Source: Adineta vaga
Lineage: Eukaryota; Animalia; Rotifera
NCBI GenBank assembly: GCA_021613535.1
Contig: CP075492.1
Coordinates: forward strand, 14,570,001-14,634,000
DNA: 64,000 nucleotides
Direction of reading: 5' to 3'
The position numbers and the translations under genes are program-made. Below, piece after piece: positions 35,194 through 48,866 of the stretch; position 1 is the first letter of the stretch; each line of letters opens with the position of its first letter. Under the pieces are notes generated by a model. The model did not search any database. It was not told where the DNA came from and was given only the letters and a program-made list of their open reading frames with translations.

Positions 35194-36049
35194 ATCTAGA
35201 AAATGTTTGAATATATTCATTCATCATCAAACTTTACAGATTGATTGTCATAAATTATGAATATAATATTTGTTTGATATTGTAAACGAAATGCACGTGT
35301 GTAGCTACTGTATACGTTGAAGGATGAAACTATGTATATATAAAACGCAAAAAATACAATTGCATCGATATGTAAAATTGTTCAGGCATATCATAGCGAG
35401 ATTTTTTCTTTATACTATTGAAAGTAGATATAGAACAGATACAAAAAGAAGTGACTCGTTTTCAGATTTTATTTTAAATGTTATTGTGTTTCTAATTATC
35501 ATTCCGAAAAAGTTTGTCTATAATTCTTCGTGAGCAATTCTCAACAGCCAATCGTTTACAATCAAATCAATCATCTGGTAAAAAAATCAACATATTTATG
35601 GTCTATATAATACTGAATTTGATTATGGACATTTCATAATTATTGATGCATTTAGCTGATCTAAAAATGATTCTTCGAAGAACATATGTGTTTATATATG
35701 GAAACAAATATACGATAGAAAGCAAAAATGAGAGTCTTCAATTATATCAAGTGAACAAATCTAAAACTGAGAAATGACGGTGACATCATGTGACGAAATG
35801 AATTTATTTTTGAATACTAGCATTGTTTTTCATTCACAAAAATTGTGTTCTGTTTTATAACCCAATGAAATGGTGTGAGTATGCATACAAGGTTTATCTT
35901 CATTTGCACTCATCCTGGTTATTCTCATTGGATCGATGATAATCAAGGTGGAAACAATTTTTCAACTTCTTTTCGAAATATAGTTCCAGTTAATGCATAT
36001 AAATAAAAGCTAGTTGAATGAGCAAAATATATCATGATACCAGATTTTT

Positions 36050-36165
36050 TCAAAATTGTAAATCAGATACCTATTAACTAAGACGGTTTCAAATAGCAAT
36101 TTCAATGCCACCTTTTTGTACCATTTCACTGGCCGTCTAAGGTAGGGCTGTGCTCTTTCGACCTG
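36050..36165 (-). mobile_element. Short piggyBac-like transposase remnant
   Basis: PYLRRPVKWYKKVALKLLFETVLVNRYLIY resembles the piggyBac C-terminal R..KWYKK...L....NAYIIY segment. Confidence 0.55.
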
Positions 36166-36297
36166 GGAAGGTGGGAGAATTGTGTATGAGAGGAAAATGT
36201 AGCTGAATATGCTCATTTTCACTTTACAGCTGCTATATAATCGTGACTGTAAAGCAATTAAAATTTCCTGTCAATAATTATATCCAAAACATCCGCT

Positions 36298-36501
36298 TTA
36301 TTCACTGTAGGTTAGGTCGAGATAGAATTGATAGCGTTCAGCCACTTCAATTGGTGCTAACCAGAGATATAATTGCTCACTTGTAATATTCACTTCTGTA
36401 AGTTGAGAAAAAGTAAATTTTGAAGAATAATCATTGTCTGGAACATGAAATTTGAAAGGTGATTCGCTCAGACAATAAGTAACAACTACGTAATCAAACA
36501 C
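36298..36501 (-). pseudogene. Isolated exon fragment of a rotifer-type expanded membrane-protein family (FTF..L...NITSEQLYLW.API...ERYQFYL motif)
   Basis: Motif recognised from memory of bdelloid EGF/7TM-type proteins; no continuing exons found. Confidence 0.45.
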
Positions 36502-38915
36502 AGTATATAGTGATATATACTAGGATAATCAACGAAACGCAAGCAATTGTAATTCACTACATGATCATCATTATTTTCATTTTCCACTCTCAACGAATAT
36601 ACATGTTACAAGAGAAACTAAAATCTTGATATTTTTCTTCTTTATCACGATAGAAAAATCTCTATTTTGATCGATGAGAACAAAAAAAAGAACAAACATA
36701 TATTTGTAATGTTTAGTACATTTTAATCCACGATTTCGTATGATGTACATACCGAATCTTTATTGATATAGATAACAGAGAATTGAATTAAGTTTTAGAA
36801 TTTATCAATACTTGTTCTTTTGAAGTCTTTCATGCATAATTCGGATCTATCTGCCATACAGGACTCAACACGTAAAATCAAATTCAAAGCTGTATACAGT
36901 TTCATGATAGCATTCGAATAAAAGTAAAGTAACATAAGGGCATCATTGGTGATTTGTGTTATCTTATCGAAAATCTATGTTATATACAGAAGATTAACTG
37001 GAATATGATTTCTCACTTCCTAGCACGTCTTTATTGGACAGAAAAGCAATGTGAATATCTTGCTTAAAATCGTTTCGACGAATCTTTTATTACAACTCTA
37101 TAGAGAAACGGAGTGTGTTTCGGAGCGTGTACCTGTGGTCGGATCCTGTTTAGGTTTTGTATAAACCCTTCGTTTCGGGTGTACGTTGACAATTTTGTAT
37201 AAAAATATAGTTTCCATATATAGACGGATTGCAGATAATTTGGTCATCTTCGGATCGAAACTATTTTGCATTCTACTTGCAACTCTTTACATATTCTTCT
37301 AGAAGATTTCAATGTTTTACTTAAATATCGCAAAATATATAAATCAAGTCTGACGAATATTATTCAAAATACAAGTAACATGTGACACAAAAAATAATTA
37401 CTCAATACTTTTTTTCTTGTTCTTTACCTCTAAAATGTACATTATACGTATGTAGTTAGGATGAAAAGAAAGAGAAATAGTAATTGCACAACTTCCATTA
37501 CTAAACAACATAAAATAAAGATGTGTTACGAAAAGATATTGGCCGAGCCGCGCTTCTGGGTAAAACCATAAATCTTACTTTCCTCATGAGCCATAAGCAT
37601 TAGGATGCGATTCTGTCGCATATCCAGGAGCAAATCGATACTCGGTCATTTTTTTTTGGTTATGCAATCTATTCTGTCTATATAAAAAAAACTATATACC
37701 ATGTGTCAGAGTAATAGAAATAAAAAGAGGAACAATCGTTAGTGGAGAAAATGGTCAGGGTAGTTTAGATTAGTTAACACATAAACGTATATTTTGTTTA
37801 GCATAGAGTGTTTATATTAATGATAATGACAATCGATCACGGCAGGCCATTTACTTATGTTAGAAGTTTGAAATTTTCGAATTCAAATTGTGTAAAAATC
37901 AATAAAAAAACTATTTTGCCTCTATTTTTTCTTTTTCAAGTAAAATTAGTTCTTTTATCAACTGTAGAATAAAACTTAAAATAATAATGCATCGCAAAGA
38001 AAAATGTCACTGTCGCTCATTTAGTTCATTTCATTGCAACTAAAACTAGAAGCTCATGGTTAAATATATGAATCATTCACGTCATTTTTCACCGATAATT
38101 TCGTATGTTATTCTTGTTAGTTTCATATTTTAGAAAATGAAACTATCATTTTCACCAAAAACCAAAGTGATAAACAAAATTTCTATTCGAATTCGAATAG
38201 AAGTTGTTTTTGTGTGATACTTCAATTATTACAGAGAGACTCACCATAATCATGTTTATCATTTGTTCTCAGAGCTATGTCGAAAAGCGTATTAACACAG
38301 ATGTGAATTCATTCTAGCACTCGTCAATTATATGATCCCTTAACGGAAAAGTGGTCCATGATTGCTGATATGGATTGTGAAAGACATCGTCATTCCGCAT
38401 TTGTTTTACCTATACGATACAGTATTAGTCATTGAAGAAGTTGAAGGTTTTTATAAATCATGTAGTACAGAACTTTATTGATGTTGTGTGCTTTTCTTCT
38501 TCTGTTAACTATTTCGATCATTCTTCGAACATAAAATTCAAATAATTGTAGTAGATTCAATCAATGTATTCTTATGTCCGACGTTATAAAATCGAACAAT
38601 TTCTTTGCATTGATTGAATAAACTTTTGCGTATTGAATCCATATTTACTTTCATACTTTAGCTTTATGGATTGTTTGATTTGTCTCAATTCTTAATCACA
38701 ATGTACTATACACTAATATAATTCGATATTACCTTCGAATATATTCGTCCATGAAAGATAGCGACATCTCAGTTCACTAATGCCAATAACTAGTTTTCGT
38801 TTTTCGTTTCATTCTGTTGGACATTTACTAACCTACCTACATACCTTATTACTCACACGTTGCGAGGAAAAATGAATGTTAAACTTTCCAACATAGATTC
38901 ATTTCATTCGATCTT

Positions 38916-40694
38916 ATGGAGACGTTACCCGTGGAATTGTTACATCGTATTTTTGATTATCTTGACACAGAAACGATCGTCTTTTCAGTACGATCCGTGT
39001 CTCGATTATTTCGATCTGTGGTAATTTCATATGAAAGAGTTGTGTTGAATTTAAAACATGTTTCACAGCCACATTTTCATCTACTTTGTCGATCGATTAA
39101 ACCACAAAATATCATTTCATTGACACTTTCGAATGATGTCGATGCATCAAACAAAATCGATTCGTTTCTTTCGTATGCTTGTCATCTGCAACACTATACT
39201 CGACTTCGATCGTTAACTCTCGAGTGTATTAATGAAAAACAGTTAAATTATCTCTTAGAACATCTGAATCTTACTTCACTTACTTCATTCTCGATGATGA
39301 CCACAAATAGTGATGAACAACGTAACAGAACAACAAAAAAACATCTTACTTCGATCATAGCACGATTAAATATTTGTCGACTACAATTCTGTCGAGAAAA
39401 ATATATAACGCCTAGAATCGAATGGCCTACCATTTCGATGATTCAGTATTTGACAATAGAGTCTTGCATTGAAATGGATGATCTGTGTAAAATACTTCAA
39501 TGTTCTCCTTATTTGCACACAATTATCCTAAAAGATGGTTTTCGTAAACCAAGTGAAAACAGTGTGGCAACATTTGACCATCGCCATACTTTCGAACAAT
39601 TACAATCTCTAACTATCGAAGAGTTGAACGTAACTATTGATCAATTGGAATTATTTATTTTATCAACACCTGCAATAATCCATTTAAAACTTATCGGTAG
39701 TGAACAAAACTACATGTCTTATTACGCTCAGATATGGGAACAATTCATTGAAATAAATTTACTACAATTAAAAAAATTTGAGTTTTATTTCAATCACAAG
39801 TTCAACATTAAGACGTTAGAAGAACTTGAGTCAATTAACTTGTCCTTTCAAACGCCATTTTGGATCAAACTTAAACACTGGTTTGTTATTTGTGAGTACA
39901 AAGTTAATGACTCATCCTGTTTTCATACATATACTGTGCCGATATGCACAACTAGATTCACGTATGAATCAGGATTCAAACAACTTCCTTCGTCTGCTTC
40001 GACTTTAGTAACAAAGAATAAGTATATCCAATCACTTAAACTAACTCTCGATGCGTTCATTGTCGATGATATAGAAGAAAAAGTAGGCAATATTTAGTCG
40101 AATCTATGTTATATGTATCGATATTTATTTCTATAGAAGACAAACTCAAATTCGTTTCATTTTGACAACGTCACTGATCTAAGACTTGAGTTATCTTCAG
40201 ATTGTTCGTCATCATCATTTTTTTCTATGTTTGCAATGATTGACATCACAAGAATAGTACAAATAACATTCTATAGTTACTCTCTCGAGGCATATAGCAG
40301 AGATACATGTGAGAATATTGGTATCTGTCTGAAACGTGCAAACAATCTTTCTTCTTTAACGATTGGTGGAATTTACAACAAACACATAACTTCTGAAACC
40401 AACATAAGTTTATATTCAATCCTTCCACGTCAGTTAAAACATTTACAGATTTCGATCCAAAATTTCGATCAAGTCAAAACAATTCTAGATCGATGTGCAA
40501 ACTTATCAACGATAATACTCAATGTCCAAAATAAGTATGCGAAAAATGTTGTTGAATGGTTTGATAGGAATACGATAAACTCAATATGCCGTATAAGTTA
40601 TGGAAATATCTTTGTTTGGCTTGGAAAGAAAAACATTCGATCAACCGACAACATAAAACGCAATAAACGATTGAAAGTCAATTCATCATCATAA
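38916..40694 (+). CDS. F-box + LRR-like protein; 2 exons (38916-40082, 40137-40694)
   Basis: METLPVELLHRIFDYL F-box; LxxLxL repeats; 54-nt GT-AG intron 40083-40136 in frame; basic C-terminal NLS-like KRNKRLK. Confidence 0.88.
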
Positions 40695-40717
40695 TGTACA
40701 TGCGAAGTATATTGTTC

Positions 40718-40762
40718 TGATTTTGAAACATTTTCTCGAAATAATAAAATCAAATCCAGATT
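40718..40762. repeat. 45-bp direct repeat, copy 1 (copy 2 at 46215-46259)
   Basis: tgattttgaaacattttctcgaaataataaaatcaaatccagatt versus tgattgtgaaacattttctcgaaaaaataaaataaaatccagatt; 42/45 identical. Confidence 0.75.
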
Positions 40763-40899
40763 TCTCCAATATTTTTTTTTGTGAGAGTGTAATCAGAGGC
40801 AAGACGCTCTAACCCATACACTCTATTGAAATAATGTGACAACGATCAAAGCAACATACAATAATATCAATAATAAAGCATTTTGATTTAATATAATCA

Positions 40900-43800
40900 T
40901 TATTCATTGCTATTGACAGGAACAATGACACTTCGACGATACTTCAACCATCGACGAACTTTCCAAAAAAGATACAAACCATACCAAACAAAAAATCTTA
41001 GTCCTTCAATTAATCCACCATATAATCCAAGAAAAGTAGTTAATGTATACAAAATATTATTTCTTTCGACATATGTATATCGACATGTGAATGGTGCACA
41101 TGTCGAATAATAACTCGAATAATTACTTGTATTTTGCCATGATTCAATAAACAATTTATCAATCAATATATCAATTGTTGTTGAAGAGATTGGTGTGAAA
41201 CGACTTTTAATCGAAATGTTAAGAGGTGCAAAAACATAGGTACTATTGACAAAATTACCTAAACGTTTCAAGCAAGTTGAATTATAGAAACATTCAAGTG
41301 TGGATAATCGAAGACCATAACCAGGTAAGCAACCAATAACAAGACCTACAAGAATAATCTGAATTCTAAATAAATCTTTATTCAAGTTGATATTTTACCA
41401 GCAAATCTTGCTTGCTTTTTTTCTTGCCTTAATTCAGATCTTAAACATGTCGATAAAGTGTTACATGAACATGTTCGACCATTTTGTTTTACAGATACTG
41501 GTATTGTTGACAAAATATAGTTATTTTGAGCAGTTACTGTTCCAAGTTTCCAATTTATAGCGAATATATTCTGTAATTGATTAGCATGGAGCATATCTAT
41601 TATATATCGATGTGTTCGTCGAAAATGACTTGGTGTTTCCATGATAAAACTATTAATAATTGAATCAACTTGATGTTGAAATGATTCTTTTGACAATGGT
41701 TCGAATGTAATCAATTCTCGAGTTGACAAGATTTCTATCTTTTGTTCAATAATATTTTTTGCAAGAGAACATAATCTTGACAGAAGACGAAATTCTGTAC
41801 TTAAGATTTTACCATCGAGATACGTAAAATAGGCATTCTTCTCATTAGAACCCCAGAGTGTTCTGAAGAAATCAGACGAAATAAAATAACTTGAACATAT
41901 TTGATGATATTCACTTGGTTCAATTGTCAGAAATTTTGAAAATGATATTGCAACTTGTGTACATGGACATGAAAGTGTGGATGGATATTTGTTTTGAAGA
42001 AATTCAAATATTGATTCCGATGGAGTTGATATTCCGACCGAATATGTCGATAAATGGAACGCAGTATATGTAAAAATCGTAATAAATACTATAATAAAGA
42101 GGATAACAAGATAACGAGTGGCTACACGTTGACGTTGAATCAATGAAATATTATCAGATGTTATTGTTGATGGAGTTGATGAGTGATTGTGATGTCTGTT
42201 CTTATACAAGTTCAATGTTTGAGCATAAGTAAGAAGATTCAAGTATTTCTGACGAATGCCTAAAAACAATAACATCAATTTGAATCTTTCAGATATCTTA
42301 TATGAATTCTTATACTTATATTGAATATCACTTCTCTTCGAATGTCATATGAACGTTTCGAACAATGATGATATATTCCTCCAATTAGTTTGATAATGAT
42401 AGGAATCAATATCTGAAGTGCAGCGGAAAGACCACCGATGATACCAAATATTGTTGCAACAATATAAGCACGATTGAAACGTTCTTCATAACTGTAACTG
42501 CATTCATATGGTGCACATTGATAATAATATGAACTAAAATTAGTTGTATTGATCCAATGTTCAATAAACAATTGTGAAACGATTTTTTCCAACTTCATAT
42601 TTGGTGGAAAACGACTATAAATGGTTGAATTGAGAGGAGTAATAGACAATACATGTGAATCGATGGTTATGTTGATAAATCCAAATGAACGCCATTGTAG
42701 AAGCATCAGAATACATGATGCATTGTAAAAGCATTCAAGCGTTGATAAAAGAAGAGTATCAACAGGTAAACAACTTAAAACTAAACCAGGAATTGTTTGA
42801 TTGGGTTCCGCTGTATTTGACAAGCATTTATTTGCATTGCAGTAGAAACCTTGAGAACGTTGACAAGAACTACTGGCACCACATGAACAGTTATTATCAT
42901 AGTTATCGTTGGATCGAAAACGATGAACTAAAATATTTTTATTCAATCTGTTTAGTATCTCAGCATTTGTACTACTAGAAACCATGAATTGATTCAATTG
43001 AATTAAAGAACGAACAAGTTGAAACATCATAAGAAATGAATCAATAGTCTTAAATAAAACAAAAAGATCATTTAATACATCGATATTTTTTAATATAATT
43101 CTATACCTGTTGTTGAAATTGTCGAATAATTATGGATGTTTTAATATTGAATGTATTTCTCGACATGACACGTGCACTAATAAATTGCATTTCACTAAAT
43201 GCTCTTAATTCATTTCTCACTGTTTGATTCGACATTTGACATAATGTCTGAAGTATTCGAAATAATTTTAAACCTATCAAACGAAAATCCAAGGGGGAAA
43301 CAGGATTCTTGAACTTAGTAAAATACAGTAACCAAGTATGATCGTTGATAAAATCACTTGAACAAACTTGATGGTATTTAGACTCAATATGAATAATCGA
43401 AGAATAGGATATCGAGATTCGAGTACATGGACATATTAATGTCGATGGATATTGTACATATAATTGTTCATAGTTATCTAAAGATGGTCTTTTTATAGTA
43501 ATACTTCGAATTTGAATTGATATTGTTGCATAAAAAACTAAAACAATGATTCCAATCATATACGATATAATATAAAGTCGTGTTGAATATAATCCATCGG
43601 TTTCGTTAGATAAGAATGGAAAGAGATTCAATGTCATTAATTCCATCTTACTTCGATGTATAAACGATAAAAGACGATCTTTTATATCTATTTTCCGAAA
43701 CAAAAGAATCAAATGGAAAACAAAGAAAACAACTTACTTTGTTGTGACGATGTTTTAGTTTCATTACTTTTTATGTTTGAATGAGACATATATCTTTGAA

Positions 43801-45067
43801 GTCGCCGAAAGAGTATCACTATTAATGGCACACCAAGAAATAAAACCAATTTCAAACCACCAAAAAGGCTCATTAATGTTACAATGACATGAAGAAAATT
43901 AAATCGTCGATAATATGAATATGTACATGAATGAGGTGAACAATTTTGAAAATAACCAGTAAAATTTCTCTGTTCATTCCATGATTCAATAAATAATTCA
44001 TCTAACAGATTTTTTACTGTTATATTTTGTGAAAAATGAGTTTTCGATAGTGATGAAACTAATGAAAAACTGGGAATAAACGTTTGAGTTTGATTGATAC
44101 ATTTTTCTTGAAAAAAACATTCAAGAGTTGATTGAAGTAATGAATTATACGGTAAACAACCCACTCTTAGACTAAGAATACTTAAAACTGGTGATCCACA
44201 ACGTGTGGTTTTCGATGAACTGTTAATCGAGTTTTGATTTACTTTATAACCTGTTGAATTCCAAAATGTAGCTGCTTCTATACAATCAATGTCTCGATCG
44301 CAATTGCAAATGATATTTGAAGAAATATATTGAGCCGCTTTGTATGCAGTAATACGTGATTGTTCAGGTTTGTATGCAACTAAATAATTTGTTTTTAAGC
44401 CAGAATAAATTCCATTGTGATGTATATTTAAGGATAAAAAATCACTTGTATGTTTCATATTCGCAATATTTGCTGTTTTTAATTGGTCGATAAGATGATC
44501 GATTTGAGCATTAAACATATCATCAGATATAACTTCAAGAGTATTTAGATGTTGAGAATAGAATTGATTCAGCGAATCAACAATCATTTGTTGAATCGTG
44601 CGACAAAATACAGCAAGTATTTGAAAATGAGCTGCTGCCATTAAACGATAATCGTTCGAATAGTAACTGCTTATATTTACATCGAATAATGATGAAAGAA
44701 ATGATTGATTGACAAATTGACTTGTACATATGGAATGATAGTGTGGATTGAATATAAGAAACTTATCGTGTCGAATCAATGTTTGTGAACATGGACATGA
44801 TAATGTATTTGAATGGTGAAGAGATAGTTGTTTAAAAACAGATTCAGATGGTGAATAAATTGTCACAGATTGTGTTTGGGTAGAAAAGGCGGTGAAGATA
44901 ATAACAGTAATGAGAGTGATGGAAAAGAGAAAGAGAAATATTCGTGTTGACAATAATTGATCAATGAATGACAATTCTTCCTTATCGTTAAAAAGATTTA
45001 GTTTGATGAGATAATTATGCAAGCGTGTTAATCTACCCATTGGCTTGTGAAATATTGTCTTCATCAT
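40900..45067 (-). CDS. Multi-pass membrane protein of three tandem TM / Cys-rich ectodomain / TM modules; 5 exons
   Basis: Introns 43688-43737, 43049-43106, 42260-42315 and 41346-41398 keep the frame. Each module repeats TRxF/Y..TM, LSCPC, HxICSS.F, STLECFY, LFIExW, CAPxxCxY, G..GGL TM. Confidence 0.85.
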
Positions 45068-46214
45068 TTACAGAAATAAAATAAGTTAGAAGAATAAGAT
45101 AATGTATTTGTTCCTAGATTGCAATTGTGGAGAGAGAGAGAGACTTGTCTGTGAACAACAGAACGAGAAGGAATATGAATATCTTTAACAGATGTCAAGT
45201 AAATGAGCTGAAATTTCTATCGATAAAAGAGGCGTATTTAACGTTCATATCCATATAATCACGGTTAGCAAAGGCGTTTAGCAAGTTTTACTATCTGTCT
45301 GAGTAAAAACAATGTTATTCATTTACCGACAAGAAACAGTAAGATATGATTAACAAAAAGGTTTCTATAAATATATTTCTATGAATGTGAATAAAATCAG
45401 CTCATTTACTCATAGAAAAATGTTCTATTCACTTAAAATTGTTCTGCAAACAAAAAGTCGAATAAATCATAAAAAATTGTAACTGTTGATATTTATTAGA
45501 TTTCAAAATTGAAATAATGATTTCACAGCTTTCTTTCGCAAATACCAATTATGATAAAAGAAATCTATTTCGTCAATTTTTATTATACTAAAATCATAAT
45601 TGTTGCGGGAATCTTTGAATTATAATGCATGAAGATGAGGCTGAAATAAATATTTCAGAAAATTGTTCATGGAAATCTAATCAAAGATTCTCAACTATTT
45701 ACAATAATTGTAAAAAAACGTTTTTTACATCAATTGTATGATAATTAAAATAAGATTGATGAATTTACACACTTTGAAATAATTGGCGTTGAAGTGAGAC
45801 GAAGACGGATATCAATTTTCAAATGAAAATAAAAGAATCATTTCTAAACGGGCATGATGCGTGTATAATTATTTCTACAAAAGAAATAAATTTTATCCAA
45901 AACGTTGAAATGTAAGAATATCTTTAACTAATACTTCAGTTGAATGGAATTTCATTCTAATACATATTATTTTAGACCTTCTCATATAAGAAGAGAAAAA
46001 ATAATTTTGATAATTAGAAACTGACGTCTCTTAGAGAGAGAGAGAAAAATATATGAGGCGTCCCTTTGTTTACTTCATGAGTATACTCAAAAGCCTTTAT
46101 AAGGGGCATACGATTCATAGTTTTGATTGTCAGTTACCAAAGAGGAACGACAAACGTCATACTTAACTACATAACTTGATTTCACAGTCTATAGCTCTGA
46201 GAATCGCATTATCT

Positions 46215-46259
46215 TGATTGTGAAACATTTTCTCGAAAAAATAAAATAAAATCCAGATT
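46215..46259. repeat. 45-bp direct repeat, copy 2 (copy 1 at 40718-40762)
   Basis: See copy 1. Confidence 0.75.
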
Positions 46260-46669
46260 GTTTAAATTTTTGTTTTTTGAGATAGCCCTGATGAGGATAT
46301 GGTGATAGATACGATACTCTCGTCCTCACCCACATTCATACCCTTCACTTCCTTTTTGTATGTGCACAGACGACAATACGCATACGCTATATTCTATTAG
46401 ATATACGTCATTTTCGATATGAATACATTTTGAGAAGAGTATGTTTAATGTAGATGAAAGCATGTCTTACTACATTAATACATGAAGGGGACGTGAGTAA
46501 TCGTAAAATTCTACCTGAAAGCAACCAATAGACCAATGTAAATATTTTTCTTTAGTGTAGAAAAAAGAACGGCGTGCAAAGAGAGTATATATACGTGTAA
46601 CGAAATAAAAAGAACGGAAAAAACAGCACACGATAATTTCAAACTTCAATAAAAGTGTGCGCATTCTGA

Positions 46670-48743
46670 ATGGCGAAAGTGGTTTGTATGCCCGAGCGAG
46701 ATCGTCATCAGCAGAACAAGGATGAAGCAACACGTCTAATTCTACTTGGTATGACAGGTGGTGGTAAGTATCTATAACTGACTGGTTCCACTCTAGTGAT
46801 CTTTCTAGAAATTTTCATACAGAAAAGTCTAGATTCAAGGTTGAAAATAATTTTACACGTGGAAAGTAAAATATGAATTTTCTTTTAAATCCCCTCCCAG
46901 AATAGAAGCTCACTGGGGTTCTAATGTATCCGGAAAATTATATGTCTAAAGGTGGACTTATGTTGAGGTACTATTTTTTCGCTTTTCTACAACAATCTGC
47001 ATATATTTAAAAGTACTCGCAATTCTAATATCATCACTTTCATCTTTTTCTTTATTCATTTACAACTCTTTACTATTATTACATAAAAAAAGACTTAAAC
47101 ACAATTTTACAAAGATAATAAATACATTTTCAATAATTCCATCGTCAGAATCAATAGAGGCATCAGATTCATCTTCAGTTGATTCAATTGATGATGAGTG
47201 TAATGGTAATAATTGATTTTCTTCTATTAGGAACAATTTCGATATGTGTTAGAGATAAATACTGTGATGATTCTGCCGTGTAAACATTAGAATATATTTA
47301 TCATTGTTTTTTATGACAAATTAGACGGGAAGTAATTCCTTCTTATATCCTACAATGATAATAGCTGACGAAAAAAGTCTCTAGTAAAAGAAACAGAGCT
47401 TTATATCGTATGTATGACGAGACAAGACCAGTAGGAAAAAAGTAATGAAGAGACGCGAAAAGGGATATAGCAGGAACCTCAGTGCGGATGGGAAAGAGGT
47501 GTGGAAGACAGATAACGCGCGCTGAGTGACGATCTGAAGGATTACACTGACTAATGCAGATTAGGAAAGGAGGGTGTGAAGATTTTTTTATACCCGACGG
47601 GTAAATACTAACGGAGAGGGTTGGTGGGTGGTAAGAAGAGCACTGTTGTAGAGAAAAAACGTAAATTGTGTCCTCTTTGCAGCGCGTATCTCCGCTAGTA
47701 TCATCTGAACATATTATTGAAAAAACTTTCATTCTATCAACAAACTGATTTGTTCTCTTTTGTCTTATGATGCACGCATTTCTGATTAGGTGGGCTTCTA
47801 TTATATCTGGAAAATTATAATATTGATAGCGGGGTTTTATTCTGGGAGGGTGTTTAATGTAAATATTTTAAAACAGCATTTTGATAACGGAAATTTTTCT
47901 CACTAAATGTACTGCCTAACAGTAATATCTTGAGGATGAAGAAACAATAGTCTTACCTACACAGTCAGTCACATTCATCATCGAGGTCGGTAGTATTAAT
48001 ATAAAAGAATTTTATTTTTAGGGAAAAGCTCTTTAGGAAATACATTACTTGGCTATAGACAATTCCTTGCAGAAGGCTCACCAATATCTGTAACCGAATA
48101 TTGTCAAGTTGGGTATCGAAATTTTAACGGTCGGCACCTTGTTATTGTTGATACGCCTGGCTTTTTTGATAATAAGGATAAAGACAAAAGGGAGACATAT
48201 ATCAAAATTGGTCAATCACTTCAAACAACAGTTCCAGGTCCGCATGCATTTCTTATCGTGCTTCCTTTTCTGAGAATAACTGAAGAAATTAAAAAGGGAT
48301 GGGAATGGATAAGCGATATATTTGACAAAGAGGTATTGAATTATTGTATCATTGTTTTCACCGGTTTGGATAATCTTATTGCCGATGATTCGACTGTCGA
48401 TGGATATTTGAGAAAAAAAATACCAGAATTGACCGAGTTGATGGAAAAATGTGGTAATCGATACATAGCCTTCAACAATCGTGCCTCTGTAAAAGAAAAA
48501 GATAGTAAAATTCAAGAATTATTTGATCTAATTGATATGCTGAAAGAAATCAATGAAAACGAAGTATTCACAAATACGGAAATCAAAGAAATTGATAGCG
48601 TCGTTCCAGAAGAGACGAGAAAAGATGTATTAAGACCACGATCAGCTGGAGAAAACATTGTTTTATTACCTCAAGTTGAAAAAATTGTTGTGGAAGCTTA
48701 TATGCGAAAGCCGGCTATCCGAAAAGATATGCATAACTTATAG
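46670..48743 (+). CDS. AIG1/GIMAP-family GTPase; 2 exons (46670-46763, 48022-48743)
   Basis: P-loop LILLGMTGGG|KS is split by intron 46764-48021; SVT (G2), VDTPGFFD (G3), PGPHAFLIV (AIG1 conserved box), VFTGLD (G4), CGNRYIAFNN. Confidence 0.92.
46885..47857. mobile_element. Non-autonomous TIR DNA element inside the GIMAP intron
   Basis: Left end ttaaatcccctcccagaatagaa; right end reverse-complements to ttaaacaccctcccagaataaaa. No intact transposase. It accounts for a 1258-nt intron where ~55 nt is typical. Confidence 0.7.
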
Positions 48744-48866
48744 TTTGTTTTCGCTAAATGTTTATCCTTTTTCATGATTCTTATTTTGTAGAATATGTCA
48801 TTGTTTTTTTTGATCGATCTAACTATCTTGACACTTCTTTCAGATCATTAACTTCAATTTCAACAG

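Noticed and set aside
37100-37260. GC-richer cgga/ccg-containing patch, possible MITE
   Set aside because: No clear terminal repeats or second copy in the window.
48743-48866. GIMAP spliced in frame to the downstream ART-TPR as a fusion protein
   Set aside because: The obvious donor (gtttgt at 48743) leaves TA, and the tested acceptors (48791, 48843, 48866) each add A, recreating a stop.
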